Virus record (IMG/VR): IMGVR_UViG_3300028586_000037
Location: 1 to 43,078 of that record
Length of the DNA: 43,078 nt
Strand: one strand, 5' to 3'
Origin: a virus
Taxonomy: Duplodnaviria; Caudoviricetes
Shown here: piece after piece, positions 26,684-35,723 of the stretch
Layout of the letters: each line of letters begins with the position of its first letter
How positions within the stretch are numbered: the first letter of the stretch is position 1
Notes under the pieces: model-generated
Told to the model about the DNA's origin: nothing
Seen by the model: the letters and a program-made list of their open reading frames with translations, nothing else
Database searches by the model: none
Made by a program: the position numbers and the translations under genes

Positions 26684-27343
26684 CTAAAGAATGGTGAAAT
26701 CCACCTGGAAGCCCGAGCGCACCACCACGGTGCGGCCGGCGGCGGCGGTGGCCAGCAGGTTGCCGGCGGCGTCGCGGATTTCCACGAGGCCCCCGGCGGC
26801 GCCCAGCTCCACGCCGGTGCTCAGGCCCACGCCGCTCACGAGCCAGGTGCCCTCGTAGGGGCGGGCGCGGCGGGTGGTCTCGCCGCTGAAGACGAAATCG
26901 TAGTTGTTGCGGGCCGTGGCCGTACCCGTGTCGTACTTGTCGGCGAAGCTCAGGGCCTCGTCGGGCGCGCCCACGAGCCAGGTAGTGCCGTTGTGGTCGC
27001 GGTAGAGCAGCAGGAAGCGGCGCCCGTCGAGCGCCTCCAGGCCGGCGGCCACCGTGGCCGTGGCCTTGGCCAGCACGCCCTTCAGTTTTGGCTGGAAGTA
27101 CGGGCCGTGGCGGTCGGTCTTGCCGTCCTGGGTGAAGCCCAGGGTGGTGCGCGTGGCTACGAGCTGATACCACGCCGCGCCCGGGTGCAGCACGATATCG
27201 GTGGCGATGAGCGGCTCGTCGGGGTCGGGCACGCTCAGCACGTCGGCCACGTCCACGTACCAAAGTGCCTCGACCCCGCCCACGTTGTCGAGGATGAGTG
27301 GGTCGAGGTTGCGCAGCTGGCCGGCGGGGGTTGGGGTAAGCAT
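26684..27343 (-). CDS. Tail-tube-protein paralog
   Basis: Aligns by eye with 20416-21018 (DNVGGVEALWY / DNSSGIQQNIY; LLLYRDHNGTTWLVGAP / YLLYFELDGSPRLLGNP). Confidence 0.6.
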   Translation of the reverse strand: MLTPTPAGQLRNLDPLILDNVGGVEALWYVDVADVLSVPDPDEPLIATDIVLHPGAAWYQLVATRTTLGFTQDGKTDRHGPYFQPKLKGVLAKATATVAAGLEALDGRRFLLLYRDHNGTTWLVGAPDEALSFADKYDTGTATARNNYDFVFSGETTRRARPYEGTWLVSGVGLSTGVELGAAGGLVEIRDAAGNLLATAAAGRTVVVRSGFQVDFTIL

Positions 27344-27345
27344 CG

Positions 27346-27912
27346 TTAGGCGGCCAAGGGCAGCCCTTCAGCCGCTGGACATTTCGGAATATTATTAGCG
27401 GCCGAACTGCGCATTTTTCCCACCTCCTCGGCCTTGCGGTAGCGGTAGTAGGACTTGATGAGCGCGTCGAAGGTGATGTCGTCCTCCGTGAAGCCGTAGT
27501 GCTCCATGAAACGCAGGGCGATGACCCGGTTCTCGAACTTGATACCCAGGTCGGCCAGGGTGTCAATCTTGACGTGAAACTCCTGCTCAATGAGGTCCTC
27601 AATCTGCCGGTTGAAGTCGTGCACGCCCTGGGGCGTGAGGTGCCGGCAGCCGTTGAGCCAGGCCATTTGGTTGGAAATGGTGACGACAAAGCGGCCGGGG
27701 TATTCAGCTACCGAGGACGCGTACTGTCTGTCCGATTGCGGGTTACGCAAAACGTGGTAGAGGAAGCGGCCCGCCGTGCCCTTCTTGGTGAGCTGGAAGG
27801 CTTCCTCGGGGCGCAGGTGCAGGCGGCGGCGCAGGTATTTCTCCACGGCGGGGCGCACCGGCACCACCAGGTGCTCGGGTAGAGGTTTATCCATCGGGGG
27901 TGAAAGAGGCAT
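27346..27912 (-). CDS. Putative DNA-binding late-gene regulator
   Basis: N-terminal strand-helix VVPVRPAVEKYL, helical C-terminus FMEHYGFTEDDITFDALIKSYYRYRK; sits at the early/late boundary; function inferred. Confidence 0.5.
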   Translation of the reverse strand: MPLSPPMDKPLPEHLVVPVRPAVEKYLRRRLHLRPEEAFQLTKKGTAGRFLYHVLRNPQSDRQYASSVAEYPGRFVVTISNQMAWLNGCRHLTPQGVHDFNRQIEDLIEQEFHVKIDTLADLGIKFENRVIALRFMEHYGFTEDDITFDALIKSYYRYRKAEEVGKMRSSAANNIPKCPAAEGLPLAA

Positions 27913-27915
27913 GAA

Positions 27916-27951
27916 CAAAGCTCCGATTGCCGGCCCCGCCAGCACAGGACA
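27916..27951 (-). promoter_or_regulatory. Degenerate late-promoter motif, copy 6
   Basis: TGTCCTGTG...GGCAATCGG-AGCTTTG, same 36-bp span as copies 2-5, 3 nt before ATG 27912. Confidence 0.55.
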
Positions 27952-28157
27952 ATTCGGAATACTATCCAGGGGTAGTAGCCCGGCAATTTACCCCGATTCT
28001 GACCACCTCACCCAACATTCAGGCCAGTGATTTTAGCTGTTACTAAAAAATTGCACCGAGCTAAGAATAGCCCTTACAGAAGCAGAAGCAAGGTTTTTCA
28101 CGAAAAAGTAGTAGTGTGCAAAAACAACAGGAAACGGTGTTTTCGTCACTCTACACA

Positions 28158-28452
28158 ACCTACAAACCTACATGGCGCTAAATGTGCCCCTGCGTTCTGA
28201 AATCGCGCTTTTGACTAGCCACATCGTGTAGGTTGCCCTGGCCTACATCGCAGGTTATGTAGGTTGGTCAGTTTTAGCCCTAACCTGCCCCGACCTACAC
28301 CAACCTACAAGAACCTACACCGACCTACAAGAAATCGCCGGTTTTAGGCCACCTCCTAGATACTTTAAAATGGAAAATCATTCTTTAAACTATCAGCAAG
28401 GCGCATTCACTGTGGCCATTTCAGTCCTGTAGGTTTGTAGGTTCTTGTAGGT
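28158..28452. repeat. Iteron array, putative replication origin
   Basis: 11 exact ACCTACA/TGTAGGT copies; four at 10-bp period (28293, 28303, 28313, 28323) face three inverted copies (28428, 28436, 28446) across an AT-rich tract. Confidence 0.8.
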
Positions 28453-28635
28453 CGGGTTTTCACCATAGTTGGCGGCAAAAACGATTTTACTCAAGCGGTC
28501 CCATTTTTTTGCCCTGGGGCATACCCGGTTAGGCGAATATACTTTTGGTATTAAACCGCGCCGGGCAACAAAAAAGGGCAGCGCTCTCGCGCTGCCCTGC
28601 ACCGGGCTGCCCACCCGGCTGGCTGATAACCGCCG

Positions 28636-31600
28636 CTACTCGGTCTCAGTGTTCTTGTGTAGGTCTCTTTCGGTATTGCCGATGTCCTGGCGTAGCAGGT
28701 CAATTTTCAAAGTCGGGAAGTCAAAGCAGTAAGCCGACGTGGGGTTGGTGGCCGCGCCTGGCGTCTCGCTGTCCTTGCCGTGCACGAAGCGGATATTCTT
28801 CTGCTCCACAAAGGCCGGGTCGTGGCGCAGGTAGTAGTCGAGCGTGGTTTTGTCGAGGCCGGGCACGTTGTACTGGCTGCGGTGCTGCGAGAGGTAGGGC
28901 GGGTGCACGTTGCCCAGGCGGATGCACAGGTTATCACCCTGGAAGCGATAGTCCACGCCTTCAACGATAAGCGGCGTGGGTTTGTGGCTAGCCATGCCCA
29001 CAAACACGTCCCAGAACCGCGAGCTGTCGGTGCTCTTGGCAATCTGGAGGTGCTGCCGGCGCACTACTTCCAGGGCTATCGCAAGCAGCTGCTCTTTCGT
29101 GAAGGGAAAGCGCAGTAGCCCGTTGTCGAGTAGCAGGAGGGTAGGCGCCAGGATGGTGGCCATGTTCTGGAGCATCCGGTCTTGGATGTCCTCGCCCTTG
29201 GTCGTGTCTTTGAGCCAGCGCAGGATGATATCGAAGCTGGGGCGGTATAGCTCCAGCACGGCCGGGCGGTGGCTGAGGATGTCGAGCGTGATGGCCGTTA
29301 GGCCCAGCTTCTCTTTTTGCTTCAGCTCCTCGTAGGCGGCGTAGTCGCGGCCTTTGGACAGGAACTCCAGCTGGATTACCCGGGTGAAGAGGGCGTTGTC
29401 GATGGTGGGCATGTCCTGGCCACTGATGATGGTGGCCGAGAGCGGCTTGGTAACCTTGGTTTGGTTGTCATTGGACTTGACGCCCGTAGTGCGGCCGAAA
29501 CCGTCCCAGAGGCCTTTGAGCAGGCCGATGGTTTTCTTATCCACCGAGTTTTTATACTCGTCCAGGTACACCATGCCGTTGCTGAAGCTGGCCAGCGTGC
29601 GCACCATGCCGATGACGGTACTCGGGTTTTCGAGGCTGAGCGAGTCCTGGGGCTTGCCGAACAGCCACTTAAATGAATCGACGAACTGCGATTTGCCCGA
29701 CTCCCGCTGGCCAAAATTATAGAGGAGCGGAAAGGCATTGTGCTGCTCGAAGATGTAATCGCGGAACAGGGCCGCGATGTAGAAGCACATGCCCAGGCAG
29801 CCGTTGTTGCCATACACGCGTTGCATGAGGTCCGACCACTGGGCGAAGTCTAGGCCACCCTCGACGGGCTTATGTACGAATTTGCGCTCGTTGCTAAACT
29901 CAGTGAAGTCATCGTTTATCGACGAGAGGTAGGGAAGGAAGTAGTTTTTCTCGTCGTGCTCCACGATGCCGTACTCGTCGGTGGGTGTCCACTTGCCGTT
30001 GAGGATGCCATTCGAAAAGGCATAAAACTGGCCCCGGGGGTGCCAGCCCAGCACGTTGATTTCCTGGGTTAGCTTCTCCTCCCGGAACAGTTTTTTCTTG
30101 AGCCGGGTCAGGTCGATGTCGTTGCCTTCGAAAACGAAGTTGCCCACCGACTCGACGGCTTTCTTAAACGCGCCGATGCTCACGAAGGCCTCGGTGGGTA
30201 GGTCGAGCACCGTGGCGTAGCCGAACTGATTCTTCAGCTCCACGATGCGCTTGGGGGCCGATTTGCTCTTCACCAGGTACAGCACCTTAATGGTGAAGCC
30301 GCACACCATCTTGGGGCCGTCCTTGGTCACCGAGTAGTAGGCGCTGTCCTGCTCATAGAAGCCGTGCAGGAAGTAGTCCTCGGCATTGACGCCCTTGGGC
30401 AGCTGCGAGCGCACATCGGCAAACTTATCCTCCTTGGCATCGAGGTCTTTGAGGTTGATGCCGTGGTGCGTGGCCAGGGCCGTGTACCTGGCCACGCCCT
30501 TATCGGTGTCGGCTTCGAGCGCCTCGTCGAAAAGGACGTTAGTAGCGGCCTCGTCGTAGCCAGCGCGGGGGCTGGCCAGGCGGTGCACCAGGGCGCGGCC
30601 GTGGTCGCCGAGCGTAGCCAACGCCGCGTGCACGGCGGCCCAGTCGTCGGGGTTGCGGGTCAGGTCGATATCGCGCTTCACGAACTCATCGGTGAAGCGG
30701 GTAGCCTTGTAGAGGTTGTCCTTCATCCGGGCGCTCCAGTCGTCGGTGTCAGCTGGCAGGGCCTTGCGCTGCTTGGCCACCGGCGCCGGCTCCTCCGGCG
30801 GGGCCGGGGCTACAATCTCCGGCTTCAGGCCATCGCGCAGCGCGTCGGCAATGTCGTAGCCGTCGGTGCGGTCGGGAAACAGGTCGATGACAACGTGGGT
30901 AGTGCCGTAGGCCTGGAGCTTGCGCAGGCTGCTGTTACGCCGGCCGCCCTCGGTGAGCTTGGCCTTGCCGCCGGCCAGGATAACCGGGGCGCCATCCTTC
31001 ACCACCGGCGCGTTGCCGTCGGCGTCGCACAGCCACCAAACGGCGCGGCCCAGCAGGTCGCCAATTTTCTCGTCGGTGATGCCGTTGGCCGCGCCGCACG
31101 CCACCCAGTCTAGGTGCGGGTAGTGGAAGCTGGCCAGCACGGCCGACTTCTCCGACTCGACGACTACCACCGGCACCTGCTCCTCGACCGGCCGCAGCAA
31201 GTGGGCGCCGTAGAGGCAGAAGCCGAAGCGCTTGGTTTTCTTCTCCACCTCGTCGAGCGTGAAGCTGTAGGGCTGGCTGAGCTTGTCGCGGTGGCCCTCG
31301 GCGTCGTACCTGAGCCACTTGGCGTTGACGAGCTGGCCGTGGGTATCGAGGTGCAGGTAGGCAGTGCGGTCGCGGTCGGTGGCGACGGCCCAGCGCTCCA
31401 GGTGCTCGTTGGTGAGGCCGGTGGCGCGGGCCCAGACGTGGAACGGGCTCGTTTGGTCGTGCACCAGCTGGCGCAGGCGCTCGGCCTGCTCGGGGGCGGG
31501 CCGCACCGTTTCGACCTGCACCACGTCGGCCGGCGCGCTGCGCTCGAACAACTCGCCGCTGGGGCGGTGGTCATGGCCACACTTGGCGGCGCGGTCACAG

Positions 31601-31728
31601 ATGCCATATTGCTCATCCAGGCGCTGGCCCTCGGCGTCCTGGAAATAGCGGAATACTTTCTTCTCCCCGCAACCAGGGCAGGTTCCCTTGGGTTTGGGGT
31701 GTTTTTCGAGGCTGTAGCGGGTGAACAT
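28636..31728 (-). CDS. Primase-helicase replication protein (Zn finger, Toprim/DUF6371-like, PriCT-like, P-loop helicase)
   Basis: CPGCG Zn finger, VVESEKSA and DAD Toprim motifs, Walker A GQRESGKS, Walker B VYLDEY; start MFTRYSLEK. Confidence 0.85.
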   Translation of the reverse strand: MFTRYSLEKHPKPKGTCPGCGEKKVFRYFQDAEGQRLDEQYGICDRAAKCGHDHRPSGELFERSAPADVVQVETVRPAPEQAERLRQLVHDQTSPFHVWARATGLTNEHLERWAVATDRDRTAYLHLDTHGQLVNAKWLRYDAEGHRDKLSQPYSFTLDEVEKKTKRFGFCLYGAHLLRPVEEQVPVVVVESEKSAVLASFHYPHLDWVACGAANGITDEKIGDLLGRAVWWLCDADGNAPVVKDGAPVILAGGKAKLTEGGRRNSSLRKLQAYGTTHVVIDLFPDRTDGYDIADALRDGLKPEIVAPAPPEEPAPVAKQRKALPADTDDWSARMKDNLYKATRFTDEFVKRDIDLTRNPDDWAAVHAALATLGDHGRALVHRLASPRAGYDEAATNVLFDEALEADTDKGVARYTALATHHGINLKDLDAKEDKFADVRSQLPKGVNAEDYFLHGFYEQDSAYYSVTKDGPKMVCGFTIKVLYLVKSKSAPKRIVELKNQFGYATVLDLPTEAFVSIGAFKKAVESVGNFVFEGNDIDLTRLKKKLFREEKLTQEINVLGWHPRGQFYAFSNGILNGKWTPTDEYGIVEHDEKNYFLPYLSSINDDFTEFSNERKFVHKPVEGGLDFAQWSDLMQRVYGNNGCLGMCFYIAALFRDYIFEQHNAFPLLYNFGQRESGKSQFVDSFKWLFGKPQDSLSLENPSTVIGMVRTLASFSNGMVYLDEYKNSVDKKTIGLLKGLWDGFGRTTGVKSNDNQTKVTKPLSATIISGQDMPTIDNALFTRVIQLEFLSKGRDYAAYEELKQKEKLGLTAITLDILSHRPAVLELYRPSFDIILRWLKDTTKGEDIQDRMLQNMATILAPTLLLLDNGLLRFPFTKEQLLAIALEVVRRQHLQIAKSTDSSRFWDVFVGMASHKPTPLIVEGVDYRFQGDNLCIRLGNVHPPYLSQHRSQYNVPGLDKTTLDYYLRHDPAFVEQKNIRFVHGKDSETPGAATNPTSAYCFDFPTLKIDLLRQDIGNTERDLHKNTETE

Positions 31729-31779
31729 GGATTTAGGGCGGGTAAGGCGTCGGCAGTGGGCAGCCACCGGGCCAGGTAA

Positions 31780-32184
31780 TTAGGGCAGGAAATCAATCGG
31801 GGTAGTAGCGCGGCCATACTTGCGGGTGAAGGCTGCTTTGGGGGCCACCACGCGCTTATCATAGCGCAGGTGGCACTGCTGGCACAGGGCGGCCAGGTTA
31901 TCGTCGGTGTGGTCGGTGAGTGCGTGGTCGAGGTGGGCAATGGTGAGCACGATGCGCACTTTCCGCTCAGGTGGCCAGGTGTCGGCCTCGCCGGCCAGCA
32001 GCTGCCCAGTGGTGCCGTCGAAGGCCTCGCCACTGGGCAGCATGTAGTGGCCCCGGCTGCTGCGCTGGATGTGGGCGCCATCCTCCACGCCGCAGAATTT
32101 GCACCGGTGGCCGTCGCGCGCCAGGATGCGCGGGCGGATTTCCGAGAGCCAGTTATCCGGGTAGTCTTTGTAGTTAATCGGCAT
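31780..32184 (-). CDS. HNH endonuclease-like protein
   Basis: CKFCG...LTIAHLDH...DNLAALCQQCHLRYD. Confidence 0.85.
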   Translation of the reverse strand: MPINYKDYPDNWLSEIRPRILARDGHRCKFCGVEDGAHIQRSSRGHYMLPSGEAFDGTTGQLLAGEADTWPPERKVRIVLTIAHLDHALTDHTDDNLAALCQQCHLRYDKRVVAPKAAFTRKYGRATTPIDFLP

Positions 32185-32500
32185 CGGTCGGATGCAGCTT
32201 CTGCATATCAGCACCGCTTAGCACGAGGCGCTGCCCTTCAGGTAGCTCTTGCAAGTGCAAGTCCATTTGCTGCTGCACCACCTTCCAGACCTTCTCAGCC
32301 TCTTCACGCAGGGCGTATTCGTGTAAGCCATCGAACATGGCATCCACACCCCACATGCCAGGGTATTCTATGCGAGCGGTCGGCTCGGTAATGCTCTCGC
32401 CATCGAACAGCCAAAAGCGAAACTCAATAATGGCAGCCTCTTGGCGTACTAGTAGGCACTCTACCGGGCCCAGGTCAATAATTCGAGCGAAGTTTTTCAT
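32174..32500 (-). CDS. Hypothetical protein
   Basis: Tightly packed co-directional ORF in the early operon. Confidence 0.6.
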   Translation of the reverse strand: MKNFARIIDLGPVECLLVRQEAAIIEFRFWLFDGESITEPTARIEYPGMWGVDAMFDGLHEYALREEAEKVWKVVQQQMDLHLQELPEGQRLVLSGADMQKLHPTDAD

Positions 32501-32502
32501 TA

Positions 32503-32889
32503 CTAGTAGCGTAAGTCAGTCCAGCCGATTAGCTGGCCAGTGAAAGGGAAGCCGTAGCCGTTGCTGAGGAAGCGCAGCAGCTCATCCAGGTCATCGAAGC
32601 CGTCGCGGCGGGCTAGCTCCTGGCACTCCAGCGGCGTGAGCTGGCGGTCGTCGATGAGGATGACCGGCTCCCGGGGCGGGCCAAGGAAGCGCTCGGGCCG
32701 GGTCACCTCTATTTTCTGCACGACGGTGGCCACGGCGTTGGGCCGAATCTTGGCCATCGTTTTCTGGCGGGCATTCTGATAAAACTGGATGCTCATACCC
32801 ACGCGCCAGCGAGTGCCCCGGCGGATGGTATGCGGTTTCGTGCCGGCCACCACGGCCGGCACGAAAGCAGATTTGAAGCCTAGTATCAT
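32503..32889 (-). CDS. ASCH/PUA-like domain protein
   Basis: VVAGTKPHTIR (GxKxxTxR) and LARRDGF ASCH motifs. Confidence 0.75.
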   Translation of the reverse strand: MILGFKSAFVPAVVAGTKPHTIRRGTRWRVGMSIQFYQNARQKTMAKIRPNAVATVVQKIEVTRPERFLGPPREPVILIDDRQLTPLECQELARRDGFDDLDELLRFLSNGYGFPFTGQLIGWTDLRY

Positions 32890-32894
32890 TCTTT

Positions 32895-33026
32895 TTATAC
32901 AGCGTGGAAGTCACTGCTTTTCTCCCCGGGCTTCAGCACGATTACCCGGACTGCCCGACCGGGCACATTCCAGGCGTGTACCCTCAGTGGCATGTGTCGC
33001 AGGTGGATTCTCTTAGGCGTTTTCAT
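32895..33026 (-). CDS. 43-aa hypothetical protein (absent from the ORF track)
   Basis: Manually read MKTPKRIHLRHMPLRVHAWNV...; fills the gap between co-directional genes. Confidence 0.4.
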   Translation of the reverse strand: MKTPKRIHLRHMPLRVHAWNVPGRAVRVIVLKPGEKSSDFHAV

Positions 33027-33032
33027 GGCTGT

Positions 33033-33233
33033 TTATTGAGAAATGCTTTTGATTTGCTGGGCTACCCGGAGCGCGCCGGAGGCCTCGGCCATGCGCAGCG
33101 CCTCTACCACCGCTGGGTGGCCAGGGCGCTGGCGACGCAGGGCCTTGCTGACGGCCTGCTTACCCAGGCCTAACTTGTCGGCAATGAGTTGGATACTGCC
33201 GTGGGGCAAGAGTTGGCTAAGCGACTCAACCAT
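33033..33233 (-). CDS. Small HTH protein
   Basis: IQLIADKLGLGKQAVSKALR. Confidence 0.72.
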   Translation of the reverse strand: MVESLSQLLPHGSIQLIADKLGLGKQAVSKALRRQRPGHPAVVEALRMAEASGALRVAQQIKSISQ

Positions 33234-33909
33234 TGGGCTGCCCTCCTTCCTTCAGCGCTATTTTCTCACGTAAGGCCTCCATATCGCTGCTGGCCGCATC
33301 CTTCCAGCCGGCGCCATGCTTCAGCACCAGGCCCGTAAGCCAGTGCAGCACGAAGGCCTGCTCCCGCTCAGCCTTGTGGCCGATGTCGTGGCCAGTTGCC
33401 CGGAAGGCATCGGCGAAGCCTGCACACCGGAAGTTGGGCCAGCCCAGCACCTCATCTAATTCGGGGGTAAGCGTAGCCGGGTAGGCGCGGGATTCCGCTG
33501 CCCGTACCCGCGCCACTAGCCCCGGGCCAGCGTTGCGTAGCGCAACAACCAAGGCAGCATCGTTATCACGATTGGCCGTCCACTCCTCTTTAGAGGTGCC
33601 GTCATTAGTAACCCACTTTTTAGGGTCGTTATTGATAGCCCAGGGCGCCTTGGTGCCCAGAGCTAGCAGCTGCTCCAGTTCATCCAGCGCGCTATCGGAC
33701 AGTGAGGTCTGGGTGGCAAGCAGCCTGCTCAAACGCCCAACGGCATCTAGCAGCACGGGCACATCGACCTCGCCACAATCACCCCACGCACCGGGGCCAG
33801 ATTCGGGGTCGCTGCCGTCGCCAGCGAGTACGGCATTGATGTTTTTGATAGCCTGCTGCTCACGGTCGGTCAGCACGGAGGCGGTATTTTCTTGAGTGGT
33901 GGTTGACAT
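33226..33909 (-). CDS. Mosaic early protein with Ead/Ea22-like segment
   Basis: TKAPW...DAALVVALRNAGPGLV pattern; start MSTTTQ preferred. Confidence 0.55.
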   Translation of the reverse strand: MSTTTQENTASVLTDREQQAIKNINAVLAGDGSDPESGPGAWGDCGEVDVPVLLDAVGRLSRLLATQTSLSDSALDELEQLLALGTKAPWAINNDPKKWVTNDGTSKEEWTANRDNDAALVVALRNAGPGLVARVRAAESRAYPATLTPELDEVLGWPNFRCAGFADAFRATGHDIGHKAEREQAFVLHWLTGLVLKHGAGWKDAASSDMEALREKIALKEGGQPNG

Positions 33910-33926
33910 AAAAAACTGCTGCTGCA

Positions 33927-35039
33927 CTAAAAATTAACTACCCATACAAAGTCATTCCGCTCCCAAGCCTCGCGGCCATACTCGCTGATGAAGCGCGTCT
34001 TATAAGACTCCTGGGCGGTGTTCAGATTTGCCCCACAGTAGTAGGCCTGGCCCAGGTAATTCTTCCACTTGCGGGCATCCACCGTGCCGTGGGTTGGCAC
34101 ATTTACACGCTCCAGGCCCTGCTTGCCGGCATCTACCTCTGTGATATCCTGCACGCGCTCGACACGCACCGAGTCAATCAACCGGCCCCAGCGCATGCTG
34201 CCCGGCTGGCCGTAGGGGCAGAACCTGGCTAAAGCCTTCAGAAACTCAGCGAAGTCGGGGAAGATGCCCAGGGCACCCACTTTGTTCTCAGGCGAGATTT
34301 CATTCCAATACCACTCGTGGCCATTGGTAGTAGGCTGAGGATTGATGGGCACTCGCAGCTGCTTCTGCCATCCCCAGCGCAGGTTGTACAATTCATTCTC
34401 ACCAGGGGGAGGCACAGCCAGGTACTCATCGCTTAGGTCAATGTGCGCTAGAACGGCTAGAATATCAGCGATTTCTAGCTCAATTTTATTCCAGGGCTCG
34501 CCCTTGCCGTACTTATGCTCCAGCTCTAGCCGGTTGTTATTGTACACCCACAGGTTGGTTTTCCAACCGGAGTCGCGCAGCTTATACTCCTTGTATTCCG
34601 AGTCCTGCGCATACCCCTGGGAATTCTCAGGCTCAAACTGATGGGCACTATTAGCAGCTACTTCGTAGGGCTGGGGATAGCCGCAAAAGCGAGCTATCTG
34701 CTGAAGCTCAGTCAGGCCAAGAATTACCTCGTGGTCGTGGTTCTTGGTCTTGCGCTCAAAAACCGCTTGCGCCTCGTTAGGGTCAAAGCCCTTTTTGTGG
34801 GTGCGCTGGGAAATCCAGACCGTGATGCCGTCGCGCACTTGGTACTGATGGTCGCGCAGCAGGGTTAATTCGGTAATGATGGCTGAGGCAGGGATGAGGC
34901 CACAGCGCCGGGCTATACCCTTCACAAAGGGCAGGCTCTGCTTTTCAAGAAATTCTTGAATAGCAGCACTATCCTTATAGTCAGCGAACATATTGCCGGA
35001 GTCGGCAGTGAGAATATCTGCAATGAGTTGATTTTTCAT
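33927..35039 (-). CDS. Hypothetical protein with truncated ASCH-like C-terminal domain
   Basis: CPYGQPG...VRVERVQDITEVDA...WERNDFVWVVNF. Confidence 0.65.
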   Translation of the reverse strand: MKNQLIADILTADSGNMFADYKDSAAIQEFLEKQSLPFVKGIARRCGLIPASAIITELTLLRDHQYQVRDGITVWISQRTHKKGFDPNEAQAVFERKTKNHDHEVILGLTELQQIARFCGYPQPYEVAANSAHQFEPENSQGYAQDSEYKEYKLRDSGWKTNLWVYNNNRLELEHKYGKGEPWNKIELEIADILAVLAHIDLSDEYLAVPPPGENELYNLRWGWQKQLRVPINPQPTTNGHEWYWNEISPENKVGALGIFPDFAEFLKALARFCPYGQPGSMRWGRLIDSVRVERVQDITEVDAGKQGLERVNVPTHGTVDARKWKNYLGQAYYCGANLNTAQESYKTRFISEYGREAWERNDFVWVVNF

Positions 35040-35041
35040 GG

Positions 35042-35242
35042 TTATCGCTGCTGGGCAGCCTGTTGAGGTGGGTAGTTGATTTGGCGGCGCTGGCGGCGCT
35101 CGGTTATCTCCTGCACGACGAGGCTGCGCCCTGGGCCACCCCGGAGCCGGTAGTAGGCTAGCAGCTGGAGCAACTCGGGGGTGCTGGCCTGCTGCACTTG
35201 GTGCACCACGGCCGCCTGCATCTGCGCGGAGTAGGTTTCCAT
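35042..35242 (-). CDS. Hypothetical protein
   Basis: Coupled ORF in the early operon. Confidence 0.55.
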   Translation of the reverse strand: METYSAQMQAAVVHQVQQASTPELLQLLAYYRLRGGPGRSLVVQEITERRQRRQINYPPQQAAQQR

Positions 35243-35679
35243 TAGCCGGGCAGCAGTTTTATCGCGCCACTCTCCACGCTATCGTAGAAGGTGGTCTCGT
35301 TTTGCGTGTTGTAGGCGTAGCTGAGGAAGGCTTCGAGCGGCTGCACCTGCTGGAGCTGAATCATGGCCACCTGAATCTGCACCAGCTCGTGCAGGGTGCG
35401 CCAGGCCGTGCGCTGCGCCTGGGCCCGGATGCTGGCCCGCTTGGTGGCGTCGGGGTTGCGGGCCTGCTTGAGCATGAGCTGCACCACGCGCGCCTCGTGG
35501 GCCGGCAGGCGGAACGTGACGGGCTGGCCATTCAGGGTGAGTTGAAAGAGGAAGCCGACGCAGCGCTTTTCCTCATACCATTTCATTATCGACGTGGCGC
35601 CTGCCTCCACGAGCAGGGCTTCGATAGCCGCCGCCGAATTCATCGCCGGCACTACCGACGTGTAGTTTTTAATATTCAC
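35242..35679 (-). CDS. Phage hypothetical protein
   Basis: 145-aa ORF with QAQRTAWR...EAFLSY pattern; GTG start. Confidence 0.7.
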   Translation of the reverse strand: MNIKNYTSVVPAMNSAAAIEALLVEAGATSIMKWYEEKRCVGFLFQLTLNGQPVTFRLPAHEARVVQLMLKQARNPDATKRASIRAQAQRTAWRTLHELVQIQVAMIQLQQVQPLEAFLSYAYNTQNETTFYDSVESGAIKLLPG

Positions 35680-35723
35680 CTGCTACCTCCTTCCCGGCGG
35701 GTACGCCCTTGATGGTGGGGGCT

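Noticed and set aside
25164-27689. 841-aa ORF as a single protein
   Set aside because: The N-terminal ~340 aa is an Arg/Pro-rich shadow frame over two better genes; the real start is probably GTG 26672
28290-28330. Regularly spaced repeats as a CRISPR or mini-array
   Set aside because: Unit is 7 bp with a 10-bp period, no unique spacers and no cas genes; better explained as iterons
28508-28547. Plus-strand promoter (TACTTTTG) antisense to the primase 3' end
   Set aside because: Nearest TTTG is 28 nt upstream, outside the usual 19-21 spacing; unsupported
3296-31779. Many long plus-strand ORFs (e.g. 15275-16549, 17410-18558, 5707-6672)
   Set aside because: Antisense shadows of high-GC minus-strand genes with no recognisable motifs
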